From NCBI RefSeq assembly GCF_963921235.1, contig NC_086108.1:63800001-63864000 (forward strand): DNA of 64,000 bases, in the 5' to 3' direction. The translations under genes were made by a program, and so were the position numbers. The DNA is from Mobula hypostoma. Lineage: Eukaryota. The notes below the pieces were generated by a model that saw only the letters and a list, made by a program, of their open reading frames with translations, made no database searches and had not been told where the DNA came from. Below are positions 25,984-37,565 of this stretch, in pieces. Every line of letters starts with the position of its first letter. Positions within the stretch are counted from its first letter, which is position 1.

Positions 25984-26750
25984 TCAAAGTTAAAGTATAT
26001 TTATTATCAAAGTATGTATGCAGTATACAACCTGGAAATTCATCTTCCCATACGCAGCTATGAAACAAAGAAAGCTATGGAACCCATTCAAAGACATCAA
26101 ACTCCACCTTCCAAAGTGCAAAAAAAAAGTTTGCACTAAAAAATGAGTGACAAACACAAAATTTAAAACACCAACCCACAAAGTCATCATCAAGAGAGTC
26201 CAGGCATATTCAATTCAGTTCAATCTAGTACCATTCCTTTTCTGCAAGTGACCCTAATCAAAATCTCACAAAATAACAACAAAAAAGGAGTGACCAGAAA
26301 CCAGAAATACATCATAACCTGAATTACAGAGTCCAATCCACAAACCATGTTGATTAAACCTTGCCCAAGACTCAAGACTCTGGCACCATCCTCTGACAGC
26401 ATCGAGGGAAAGAGAGGCTATTCAAATGCATGGACTTTCTTCCCAGAGCAGCGAGCGAGAGGGAGAGACAGACCATTACATGTAGACACCTTCCTCCGGC
26501 AGTGGCAAGCCAGAGTCTGGTAGACAGCACTGAACACCTGCTCATCCTCGCACTTGTCTCAATGATTTCAATCTTCACCTACACTGTAATCTGTGATACC
26601 GGCCAGAAATGGAGGTGATCATGGGCCCACACGCCATCTCCAGGCTTCTTGACCTCGAAGCTACACATTTCACTCAAAAGCTCACTGAACAGCCTCAGAG
26701 ACAGCCAGATTGCTCAATTGGCTGTACTCACTTCCTCATTTTACCCAACT
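25984..26750 (-). repeat. Unclassified non-autonomous retroposon-like repeat
   Basis: AATAAA followed by a CTTTGA-like tail on the minus strand at ~25984-26005; more GC-rich 5' part; no coding signature. Confidence 0.45.
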
Positions 26751-27394
26751 CATCTCGAGGTTCCTTCCTGCCTGTCGGACTTCGGTCCTTTTAACCGTGT
26801 TTAATTAAACATCAAGCCCAGCTTCTATGTCTTGAGTTGTGTAACAGTTGGGAACCAAGTAAGAAATATAAGGTATCATAAAAACTTGCACAGGATGTCT
26901 CTACTTCTACATGAAACACATGAGATTTTCTGCATAAATCGAGTTTCTCATTGAAGATGTACGACTTTGCTGTTGATTCTGAAAATAGTTTAGGGATTTG
27001 CTTGGTACCTGACTGAGGAAATTCTGAAAGAAAGTTTTGTTTAATTGCAATGCCTCAAATTCTTTGGATCAAATTTCTTGTACACTCCTGTCTTAGTCTA
27101 TGCTCATGTTTTATAGGAGAGCTTCAGGAAAAAATCTGCAAGTCAAGCTGGTCTATTACGTTTGTACACTGAACCACTTTAGATGGAGATAGATTGAGCA
27201 ATCCAAAATATTCAAATAAAATGATATTAGTGGATGACAGTGATGCTTTGATCATTGCTAATTGAATTAATCATGATATGAAAACATATTTAACATAACA
27301 AAACAAGAAATTATTAAACATCATAATACAGAAAGAGTGGAATATTTATTTTAGCAATTATAATTTGCCAAGTGAATGCTAATATCATTAAAAT

Positions 27395-27530
27395 GGAAAC
27401 ACAAGGGACTGCAGAAGTTGGAATGTGGAGGAAGAAAATCTGAGCTGTTCAAGGAGCTCTGAGTCAAGCAGTATCTATGGTGAAAAAGACACAAATGAAG
27501 TTTCAGGCCAAGTTTCAAGCAACAGTTTGC
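27395..27530. repeat. Single arm of the Penelope-like hairpin repeat family
   Basis: acacaagggactgcagaagttggaat…gcagtatctatgg…gtttcagg resembles the left arms of copies A-C. Confidence 0.45.
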
Positions 27531-27587
27531 TTATCGCTCACTGAAAAATTGAAATATTTTATCTTGACGCTTCATTGTTTATTTTCT

Positions 27588-29278
27588 TTTTTTTAATATA
27601 ATTTTTATTAAATTTTCAAAAAGAATACATGAAAAGATAAAATCTACCCACCCCCTCCCCTTAACCCTCCCCCCCCATATATATAGTCCTACCTAAAAGA
27701 AAGAAAGAGAAAAAAAAAAGAAGAGCCGCCTGGGTATTGGAAGGTATCCACATGCTCCATGGGATTCAAAATAAATTTGGTATAATTATTCGTTATTTTC
27801 CCCAAGTAACCAAATTCTTTGTTGGAGCACTTAAATATGACATCCTATCTTTTGTAAGTAAGGGCGCCAAATATTCAAGAATGTTAGATAATTATCTCTT
27901 AAATTATAAGTAATTTTTTCAAGTGGAATAGAACTAGCCATTTCATTATTCCAACGATCCATACTTAAATACGAATCAGATTTCCAAGTAACTGTTATAG
28001 TCTTCTTAGCTACTGCCAATGCAATTTTTATAAATTCTTTCTGATATTTATTCAATTTAAGTTTCGGTTTTATCCCTTCAATATCACCTAATAGAAATAA
28101 TACAGGGTTATGTGGAAGTTGAATTCCAGTAATTTGTTCCAATAAGACTCTTAAATTTATCCAAAAGGGTTGAATTTTAAAACAAGACCAAGTAGAATGT
28201 AAAAAAGTACCAATTTCCTGATTACACCAAAAACATTTATCAGATAGATTTGAATTTAATCTATTTATTTTTTGTGGTGTAATATATAATTGGTGTAAAA
28301 AATTATATTGTACTAATCTAAGTCGAACATTTATTGTATTTGTCATACTGTCCAGACAAAGTCTTGACCAATTTATTTCATCAATATTAATATTCAGATC
28401 TGTTTCCCATTTTTGCTTTGACTTATGGGTTCCTTGTTTAATTGTCTGTTCTTGAATCAAATTATACATACAAGAAATAAATTTTTTAATTTTCCCTTTT
28501 TGAATTAAAATTTCAATTTCATTAGCTTTTGGCAAAAACATTGTTTGACCCAGCTTACCTATTAAGTAAGCCCTTAACTGAAAGTAACAAAAGAAAGTAT
28601 TATTAGATATTTTATATTTATCCTTTAATTGTTCAAATGACATCAATATACCTCGCTCAAAACAATATCCTATAAATTTAATCCCTTTTTGGTACCAATT
28701 ATATAAAAGTTGATTTATCGAATAGATTATCTAAATATTTACCAAAATTAATACATATGGATCAAACAAGATTTATTAAAAATAGACAACTGGCAGATAA
28801 TGTAACTCGGCTACTCAGCATAATTTATTTGGCACAAAAAAGGGATGAGAAGAGTATAGTAGTAGCTTTGGATGCAGAAAAAGTATTTGATAGATTAGAA
28901 TGGGATTTTTTATTTAAAGTATTAGAAAAATATGGGTTAGGAACATCTTCTATAAATTGGATTAAAACTTTAAATTCTAACCCTAAAGCTAAAGTAGTGA
29001 CAAACTCTCAAATTTCAACACCATTTCAGCTAAAAAGGTCAACTAGACAAGGTTGTCCACTATCACCTGCTCTATTTGTATTGGCGATAGAGCCATTAGC
29101 AGAACTAATTAGATTGGATCCAGATATTATGGGTTTTAGAGTTAACCAAGAGGAATATAAAATTAATCTTTTTGCCGATGATGTTTTGATCTATTTAACA
29201 AACCCACAACATTCGTTACATAAATTATCTTCTAGATTGGATGAATATGGGAAGGTATCAGGTTACAAAATAAACTGG
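27588..29278 (-). mobile_element. L1-clade LINE, 5'-truncated with an inverted 5' segment
   Basis: Minus strand: ORF2 C-terminus with a CCHC knuckle (CFWC…H…C, 27831-28646), AATAAA and an A-rich tail. Plus strand ~28716-29278: RT core (LDAEKVFD, RQGCPLSP, LFADD). Flanked by the 15-bp TSD cattgtttattttct (27573-27587 and 29279-29293). Confidence 0.93.
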
Positions 29279-29734
29279 CATTGTTTATTTTCTGAACATT
29301 TAATGCACTTTTTAATGTTTTTGTTTTTCTTTTTATAAAGCACCCAGCTAGAGTTCAATACCACTCTCAGATAGGCATCAAAACATGCTATCGCACCAAA
29401 CTAATAATCAAGAATACTAACTTACTCCTTAATATCCTATTTTGTGGAAGTTAAGTTCACCGTTAGAGCATTGTAAGCTTTCAAACCCAGATGTCATTGC
29501 TTGAAATGCTCTTATCAGTGGGTGTTGACACTGCAAGATCTGAGCTTGTGAATTTTAACTTCTTTGGCCTTGTTAACGTTAAGAATTGTGTTAGGACTAT
29601 AGATTATAGCTTTTTATACAGCTTCTCTCTTTAATGCAAAGTGCTGAAATATAAAAAATAATTATCTGCAGGCACATACTATTGGCCACATGGAAGATTA
29701 ATATCATGATTCTTTTTAAGCTGGTTGTGGACTA

Positions 29735-30261
29735 CACCTCAGACGGTTTAAGAAGTTTAGCGTATGTCCCCAAATCCTAAGAACTTTCTACAGGGGCACA
29801 ATTGAGAGCATCCTGACTGGCTGCATCGGTGCCTGGTATGGGAACTGTACTTCCCTCAATAGCAGGACTCTGCATAGAGTGGTGTGACAGCCCAGTGCAT
29901 CTGTGCACTTCCCTCAATTCAGGACCTTTACAGAGACAGGTGCGTAAAAAGAGCCCAAAGGATCATTGGGGACCTGAGTTACCCCAACCACAAACTGTTC
30001 CAGCTGCAACCATCCGGGAAGTGGTACTGCAGCACTGAAGCCTGGACCAACAGGCTTCAGTACAGCTTCTTCCACCAGGCCATCAGACTGATTAATTCAT
30101 GCTGATACAATTGTATTTCTATGCAATGTTGACCGTCCTTTTGTACATACTATTTATTACAAATTACTATAAATTGTACATTCAGATGGAAACAAATGTA
30201 AAGATGTTTACTTATATATGTGAAAGATGTAAGAAATAAAGTCAATTCAATTCAATTCAAC
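29735..30261 (+). mobile_element. Rex1/Babar-type LINE 3' fragment
   Basis: IESILTGCI-type and SFFHQAIRL-type C-terminal remnants; AATAAA and (TCAAT)n tail. Confidence 0.85.
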
Positions 30262-31594
30262 TTAAGAAAACTATCTCCATATCTCCATTTAAGAAAATAT
30301 GATCAACCCCCTAGTCATGGTGATAATACACAAGGTAAAATCAGTACATAATGCCTTAATAAAAGGCTTATTTAGTCAGCATGATGAGATTTGAACCATT
30401 TTATATTCTTGAAAATGCTGTAAGGCTTTGTTTCAGGTGATGAGCTGCTTGCAGCTCTCTGGTGGTTCTTTTTTAAAAATGGTCAGTGTGGAGCTGTAAT
30501 TTGTCACCTGTAATTACTGGGATCATGCACCATCTTGAACTGCCATTCTCAGTTTGGGAAATGAGAGGGGAAGTTACAATTGGTCGCATTTTCCCTGGCT
30601 GAGGCAGAAGAAGGAGCTTGTCAATAATCCAACAATCCTCCTGGAAAGTTCAACTACATGCGTGCCAGCTGAGAAGAGGATTGGCTCCTGCTGCAAGCCT
30701 GTGCTGCTTGAACAACGGGCTAAAATCCATAATTTTGGCTCTGATGCAATGCCATCTGATGGTATCTGAGATTGTAGGAATGACACTTTCAGTTAAATTA
30801 TTGGAAAATAGAAAGCAATTCGTTTTGTATTTTCGTTGTGTGAAAATAGGAAGCAAATTCTTAATTTCACTGTTCACTCACTACATCCCTTTTTCAGATC
30901 GATGCACACCTAATTGTAGTCTTACTTAAAGCAACAGCTATTTCTATAATCAAGGTCAAAGAGTTTTAACTTTTAGCCTACATTTCAGATGAGCTCCTTT
31001 GTATGCACATCCAACCTCAAACATTTTGTTGCTTATCTCAGTTTTTACAATTCAATTAAGACAATGAGTTAACACAATAACAGTTATAATACTGTAATTG
31101 TAAAGTATCAAATATATCAGTTACAATTTGCTATGGTATGGTTAGTACTTTGTTGGAAGTTCAATACATCGGGAAATATCTACATTGTATGAAGTTCTTC
31201 TTAATTTTGATTTAAATTAATTGGATGAATGCTGAAATCAGTTGTTTTCCACCTTGAATTTCCATACTCCCTAAAATATAGTCCTCCCCAGTCTCTAACC
31301 AATATATGGTTTATAATATACAATATATCTCAAACCCTCGTAGCCCTGGACCAAAATATGGCACAGCTGAAGTTTGACAGCAGACACCTGTTTGACTCTG
31401 TGTACTTCCTGCTGCCATTCTTAACTGTTAGTTAAAGGATTATTTGTATCTCCTAATGTTTTAATGAGAATGGATAATCTCTTGGCATCAGTTAGCCCCA
31501 AAGGAGATCCTAAATGTCTAATGACTCACAAAATATGTAACATCTGACAAGAACACCTCAGGCAACCATTGTTTGCAATCTTTATCTGGTAGTA

Positions 31595-32138
31595 TACATT
31601 CAGCAGCCAAGTTATTAGCTGAACCTTCACACCTGCTTATTAATGCAAATATATGCTCAGCCAATCATGTGGCAGCAACTCAATGCAGAAAAGCATGCAG
31701 ACATGGTCAAGAGATTCAGTTGCTGTTCAGCGCAAACATCAGAATGGGAAAGAAATATCATCTAAGTGACTTTGACTGTGGAATGATTGTTGGTGCCAAT
31801 CAGAGTGGTTTGATATCTCAGAAACTACTGATCTTCTGGGATTTTCATGTACAGCAGTATCTAGAGTTTATGGTACGAGAAATGAGAAACATCCAGTGAA
31901 CGGCAGTTCTGTGAATGAAAATGCCTTGTTAATGATAGAGGTCAGAGGGAGATTGCCAGACTGGCTCAAATTGACAGGAAGACAATAGTAATTCAAAGAA
32001 CCAGACCACTACAACAGTGGCGCACAGAAGAGCATCTCTGAATGCATAACACATCAAACCTTGAAGTGGATGGACTACAGCAACAGATGACCATTTTATT
32101 AGGAGCAGAAGGTACCTAATAAAGTGGCCACAGTGAGT
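31595..32138 (+). mobile_element. Internally deleted, degraded Tc1-type DNA transposon
   Basis: Degenerate TIRs (tacattcagcagccaagttattag and ctaataaagtggccacagtgagta) and a transposase N-terminus MGKKYHLSDFDCGMIVGA. Confidence 0.8.
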
Positions 32139-32442
32139 ATATAGTTTTTATATTAAAAAGGAAGTAATTAAAATAATTTGTACTCCTTACCAGATACTGA
32201 TCTTCAACTCTTATTAATAAATAATCTGCCAGAATTCTTATCTAACGATCTCTAGCAAAGTTATGGATGAAAGAATTCCAAATTATTTTCTTTTGATTGC
32301 AGACCAGACGATATTTGCAATTGCATTTGAACCCATATTTTCAACCTGAGCTAACACGCAAGAAACAAAAAGAAGAGATATGGAGCCATGCAGTAATATC
32401 TGGTGTCCAGCAGAGGACACCTGCAGCACACAGTAAACAAAC

Positions 32443-32668
32443 CTTGTTTGAGTTCATCCATGCTGAAGTTGTGTAGTAGCAGACTGTGATATAGCACTTC
32501 AGTACTCAGCCGTTTGTACGTGGCAATATCAGTGCCATAGATAGCATTCAGGAGCACTCCATGGGATGGGGGATTAATCACTGAGAAGATGAGTGTATCA
32601 CGAGGGACATCCATATCTACAGCATTCAGCACTCCAGGACCAATCTCACATGCATCGCCTTCTAAAAT
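32443..32668 (-). CDS. FREM1: FREM1-type exon (226 nt, phase 0 to 1): ILEGDACEIGPGVLNAVDMDVP…FSMDELKQ(G)
   Basis: atgcag| acceptor and |gtttgt donor; in phase with both neighbouring exons. Confidence 0.92.
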
Positions 32669-33054
32669 CTGCATCAAAATACAGTTTAATTTAGATCCAG
32701 AATCTTCTGATAACACAGGAATATATAACAGATTCCTTAGCAAGTATTAAGTTATGAATATTATATGTTTTATGGTAGTGCTTGAAAATTTTGGCCAACC
32801 ATCCATGTGAAGAGGAGCGATATTGTGGGTGGAGAAATCACCGTTGTCACTATGGTGGAGAGAGCACAACTGTGAATTGAAATCAGGATCCCTGAATTTC
32901 CATCTTATTTTGGGTCCCCAAAAGTTCTCATCAACAAGCAACATCTGAAGTATTCAGAAGGTACCGTATCAGTAATTTTGATTAGGAAATGATTTTGCAA
33001 CCCAAGTTCTAATCCACAGAAAATGCTAGGTTCTCAAAAATATGATCATTGAAA

Positions 33055-33300
33055 AAAAGGGTATTAAGAGGAATCTTAAGGGGAGGGAGGAAATAAGAAG
33101 GAGAAGGGAGAAGGGGGAAGGTTGAAATGATAGGTGGAGGGGTCGAGAAGAGGAAAGGGGGACTAAAGGGAACTAGGGGGCGAGGGGTAGAGAGGAGGGA
33201 AAGGGATAGAGGGGAAGAGAGGTGGGAAAGGGATAGAGGGGAAGAGGGAGGAAAGAATGTGGTGGGAGGGAGGTGGGAGAGGGGTGACAGGGGGGAAGTA
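33055..33300 (+). repeat. Polypurine (G/A-rich) low-complexity tract
   Basis: About 240 nt that are mostly G/A, including an internal repeat of ggaaagggatagaggggaagag. Confidence 0.85.
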
Positions 33301-33309
33301 CAGATATAA

Positions 33310-34878
33310 GGATCCAGATAACCCTGTGATGTCTGCCTCGGAGGCTGACGTCAGGTTGTCTTTCAGGAGGGTTAACCCTAGCAAGATGACAGGGCCCAAT
33401 GGAGTACCTAGTCGGACTCTGAAAACTTGTACCTACCAGCCAGCAGGGGTGTTCAAAGAGATTTTCGATCTCTCATTGCTACGATCGTTCTCAATTGCTT
33501 CAAAAGGGCAACAATTATATCAGTGCCCAAGAAGAGCTGCCTTAACGACTATCATCCAGTAACACTCACGTCTACGGTAATGAAGTGCTTTGAGAAGTTG
33601 GTTATGATTAGATTCAACTTCTATCTCAACAAGGATCTAGACCCACTGCAATATGCCTATCACCACAATAGGTATATGGTGGGTTCAAATCTCATTGGCT
33701 ATTCACATGGCCTCGGTTCACCTTGGAAATACAAATACCTATGTCAGGATGCTGTTTATTGAGTACAGCTGAGTGCTTAACACAATCATTCCTACAACTC
33801 TGATCAAAAGGCTCCAGAACCTGGCCTTTGTAACTCCTCCTGCAACTGGATTCTCGACTTCCTAACCGGAAGACTACAATCTGTGCAGATCGGAAATAAC
33901 ATCCCCACCTCACTGACAATCAACACTGGCGCATCTCAGGGATGAATGCTTAGCTCACTGCTCTCCTCTCTCTACACCCACAACTGTGTGGCTAGATATA
34001 TCTCAAATTTGCTGATGATGCAACTACCGGTGGCAAAATTTCAGATGGTGATGAGAGGGCTACAGGAGCAAGATGTATCAGCTAGCTGAGTGGTGTTTCA
34101 GCAACAACCTTGCACTGAATGTCAGTAAGACCAAAGAACTGCATAACTGTAGATTTCAGAAAAGGTAAGTTGAGGAAGCACACACCAGGGATCAGAAGTG
34201 GAAATAGTGAACAATTTCAAGTTCCTGGTCATAAATACCTCTGAGGATCTATCTTGGACCCAACATATCATTGCAGCTACAAAGGGGACACAACAGTGGC
34301 TACATTTCTGGACTAGTTTGAGGAGATTTGGGATGTCACCAAAGACACTTGCAAGTTTCTACAGATATATCATGGAGAAAATTCTAACTGGCTGCATCAT
34401 GATCTGATATGGCAGGGGTGGGGTGTAGAATGGGACTACTGCACAGGATCAAATAAGTGCATAGAGTTGTAAAATTATTCAGTTCCATCATGGGCACAAG
34501 TCTCCACAGTATCCAGAACATCTTCAAGGAGCAATACCTCAAAAAGGTGGCATCCATTATTAAGGACCCCCATCACCCAGGTCATGCCTGATTGCTACCA
34601 TCGGGAAAGAGGTACAGAAGCCTGAAGGCACATACTCAATGATTCAGGGACAGCTTCTTCTCCTTTGCCATCTGATTTCTGAATGAGCATTGAACCATTG
34701 AACACTACCCAACAACTTCTTTATTTCTATTTTGCCTTACTTATTTAATTTAATGATAATATATGTATTTACTGTAATTCACGTTTTTCTATTATGTATT
34801 GTGTTGTACTGCTGCCACAAAGATAACAAATTTCATGATATATGCCAGTGATATTAAACCTGATCTAATTCTGATTCT
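33310..34878 (+). mobile_element. Rex1/Babar-type LINE, degraded RT to 3' end
   Basis: [41 protein letters not shown] and an (ATTCTG)n tail. Confidence 0.88.
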
Positions 34879-34919
34879 TCACTTAGCTTTAACAACTATC
34901 AGTAGAAAATCAATAGAAA

Positions 34920-35275
34920 GGCTGTGGATTTTTGGATCATTGGGCTCTCTTCCAGGAAAGGTGAAGCTGTACAGAAGGGTTTGCACCTGAACTGGAGGGG
35001 GAATAATATTCTAGTGGGTGGATTTGCTTTTGCTGCATGGGGGGGTGGGGGGGTTGCAGTTTATGTAGAGCTTTAGGAAGATGGGAACCAGAGAACAAGA
35101 ACAGATAGTGGGGTGGTTGTGGAGAAAGATGCTATTACATAAAAAATTCAGGAATCAAAAGTTTGGGCATCATGAGATTAATGTTCTGAGCTGCATATAT
35201 TTCATTGCAAAGAGTATAGTAGGATGAGCTTAGGGCATGGATCAGCATGCAGAATTGTGACATTGTAGCCATTAG
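34920..35275 (+). mobile_element. CR1 'A' left part (inter-ORF region and EN start); outermost host of the nested stack
   Basis: Ends …gacattgtagccattag (DIVAI) and resumes at 50087 with tgagacttgg (ETW). Confidence 0.75.
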
Positions 35276-37565
35276 ACCATAAAACCATAGGAGCATAATT
35301 AGGCTATTTAGCCCATTGGGTCTGCTCTGCCATTTCATTATGACTGATCCATTTCCCTCTCAGCCCCAGTCTCCTTCCTTTTCTACCTATCCCTTCATGC
35401 CCTGATTAATCAAGAATATATCAGCCTCTGCCTCAAATATACCCAATGACTTGGCCTCCACAACTGCCTGTGGCAACGAATTTCACAGATTTACCACTCT
35501 CTGACTAAATAAATTCCTTCTCATCTTCATTCTAGATGGTATTAAACAGGAAATTAGAAATGTGTGCAATAAAGGAACAGCAGTTATAATGGGTGACTTC
35601 AATCTACATGTAGATTGGGTGAATCAAATTGGTAAGGGTGCTGAGGAAGAGGATTTCTTGGAATGTATGCGGGATGGTTTTTTGAACCAACATGTTAAGG
35701 AACCAACTAGAGAGCAGGCTATTCTGGAATGGGTTTTGAGCAATGAGGAAGGGTTAATTAGCGATCTTGTCGTGAGAGGCCCCTTGGGTAAGAGTGACCA
35801 TAATATGGTGGAATTCTTCATTAAGATGGAGAGTGACATAGTTAATTCAGAAACAAAGGTTCTGAACTTAAAGAGGGGTAACTTTGAAGGTATGAGACGT
35901 GAATTAGCTAAGATAGACTGGCAAATGACACTTAAAGGATTGACGGTGGATATGCAATGGCAAGCATTTAAAGGTTGCATGGATGAACTACAACAATTGT
36001 TCATCCCAGTTTGGCAAAAGAATAAATCAAGGAAGGTTGTGCACCCGTGGCTTACAAGAGAAATTAGGGATAGTATCAATTCCAAAGAAGAAGCATACAA
36101 ATTAGCCAGAGAAAGTGGCTCACCTGAGGACTGGGAGAAATTCAGAGTTCAGCAGAGGAGGACAAAGGGCTTAATTAGGAAGGGGAAAAAAGATTATGAG
36201 AGAAAACTGGCAGGGAACATAAAAACGGACTGTAAAAGCTTTTATAGATATGTAAAAAGGAAAAGACTGGTAAAGACAAATGTAGGTCCTTTGCAGACAG
36301 AAACAGGTGAATTGATTATGGGGAGCAAGGACATGGCAGACCAATTGAATAATTACTTTGGTTCTGTCTTCACTAAGGAGGACATAAATAATCTTCCAGA
36401 AATAGTAGGGGACAGAGGGTCCAGTGAGATGGAGGAACTGAGCGAAATACATGTTAGTAGGGAAGTGGTGTTAGGTAAATTGAAGGGATTGAAGGCAGAT
36501 AAATCCCCAGGGCCAGATGGTCTGCATCCTAGAGTGCTTAAGGAAGTAGCCCAAGAAATACTGGATGCATTAGTGATAATTTTTCAAAACTCATTAGATT
36601 CTGGACTGGTTCCTGAGGATTGGAGGGTGGCTAATGTAACCCCACTTTTTAAAAAAGGAGGGAGAGAGAAACCGGGGAATTATAGACCGGTTAGCCTAAC
36701 GTCGGTGGTGGGCTAGATGCAGGAAGATTGTTCCCGATGTTGGGGAAGTCCAGAACAAGGGGCCACAGTTTGAGGATAGAGGGGAAGCATTTTAGGACCG
36801 AGATTAGGAAAAACTTCTTCACACAGAGAGTGGTGAATCTGTGGAATTCTCTGCCACAGGAAACAGTTGAGGCCAGTTCATTGGCTATATTTAAGAGGGA
36901 GTTAGATATGGCCCTTGTGGCTACGGGGGTCAGGGGGTATTGAGGGAAGGCTGGGGCGGGGTTCTGAGCTGGATGATCAGCCATGATCATAATAAATGGC
37001 GGTGCAGGCTCGAAGGGCCGAATGGCCTACTCCTGCACCTATTTTCTATGTTTCTATGTTTCTAAATGAGTGTCCCTCTATCCAGAGGCTGTGTCATCTG
37101 GTCTTAGACACCCATAACAAAGGAAACATCCTCTCCACATCCACTCTATCGAGGCCTTTCAACATTTGATAGGTTTCAATGAGATCACCCCTAATTTTTC
37201 TGAATTCCCATGAGTACACTCCCAGAGCCATCATATGTTCCTCATATGTTAAGTCTTTTATTCCTAGTTTCTGTTTATGAACCTCCGCTGAACCTTCTCC
37301 ATCCTTTCTTAAATAAGGGGCCCAAAACCACTTACAATACTACAAGAGAACCCTCACCAGTGCCTTATAAAAACTCAACATTACAATCTTGCTTTTATAT
37401 TCTAGTCCTCTTGAATTGAATGCTAACATTACAGTTGCCTTCCTCACCACAAACTCAACCTGCAAATTAAGCTTCAGGGAATCCTGCACAAGGACTTGCT
37501 AGTCCCTTTGTACCTCAGTTTTTTTTTTGTATTTTCTCTCCATTTAGAAAATAGTCAACCCTTTC
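35276..37565 (-). mobile_element. CR1 'B' 3' part, interrupted by CR1 Y1; continues at 46560-46888
   Basis: Tail accataaaaccatag at 35276. The host sequence is continuous across 35534/37060 and across 37565/46560. Confidence 0.8.
35535..37064 (+). mobile_element. Young CR1 copy Y1, 5'-truncated, RT core deleted at ~36711
   Basis: 384-aa ORF (EN C-terminus to RPVSLTSVVG) fused directly to the ORF2 C-terminus; (TTTCTATG)n tail; ttcta at both junctions. Confidence 0.93.

Noticed and set aside
30520..30790. Non-repetitive, GC-balanced intronic stretch (also ~9200-9500 and ~22200-22800) as a possible conserved enhancer
   Set aside because: Only base composition supports it; a cross-species alignment is needed.
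36700..36725. Y1 internal deletion as a spliced-out intron
   Set aside because: Compared with Y4, the breakpoints do not give GT…AG; only a short GG microhomology is present.
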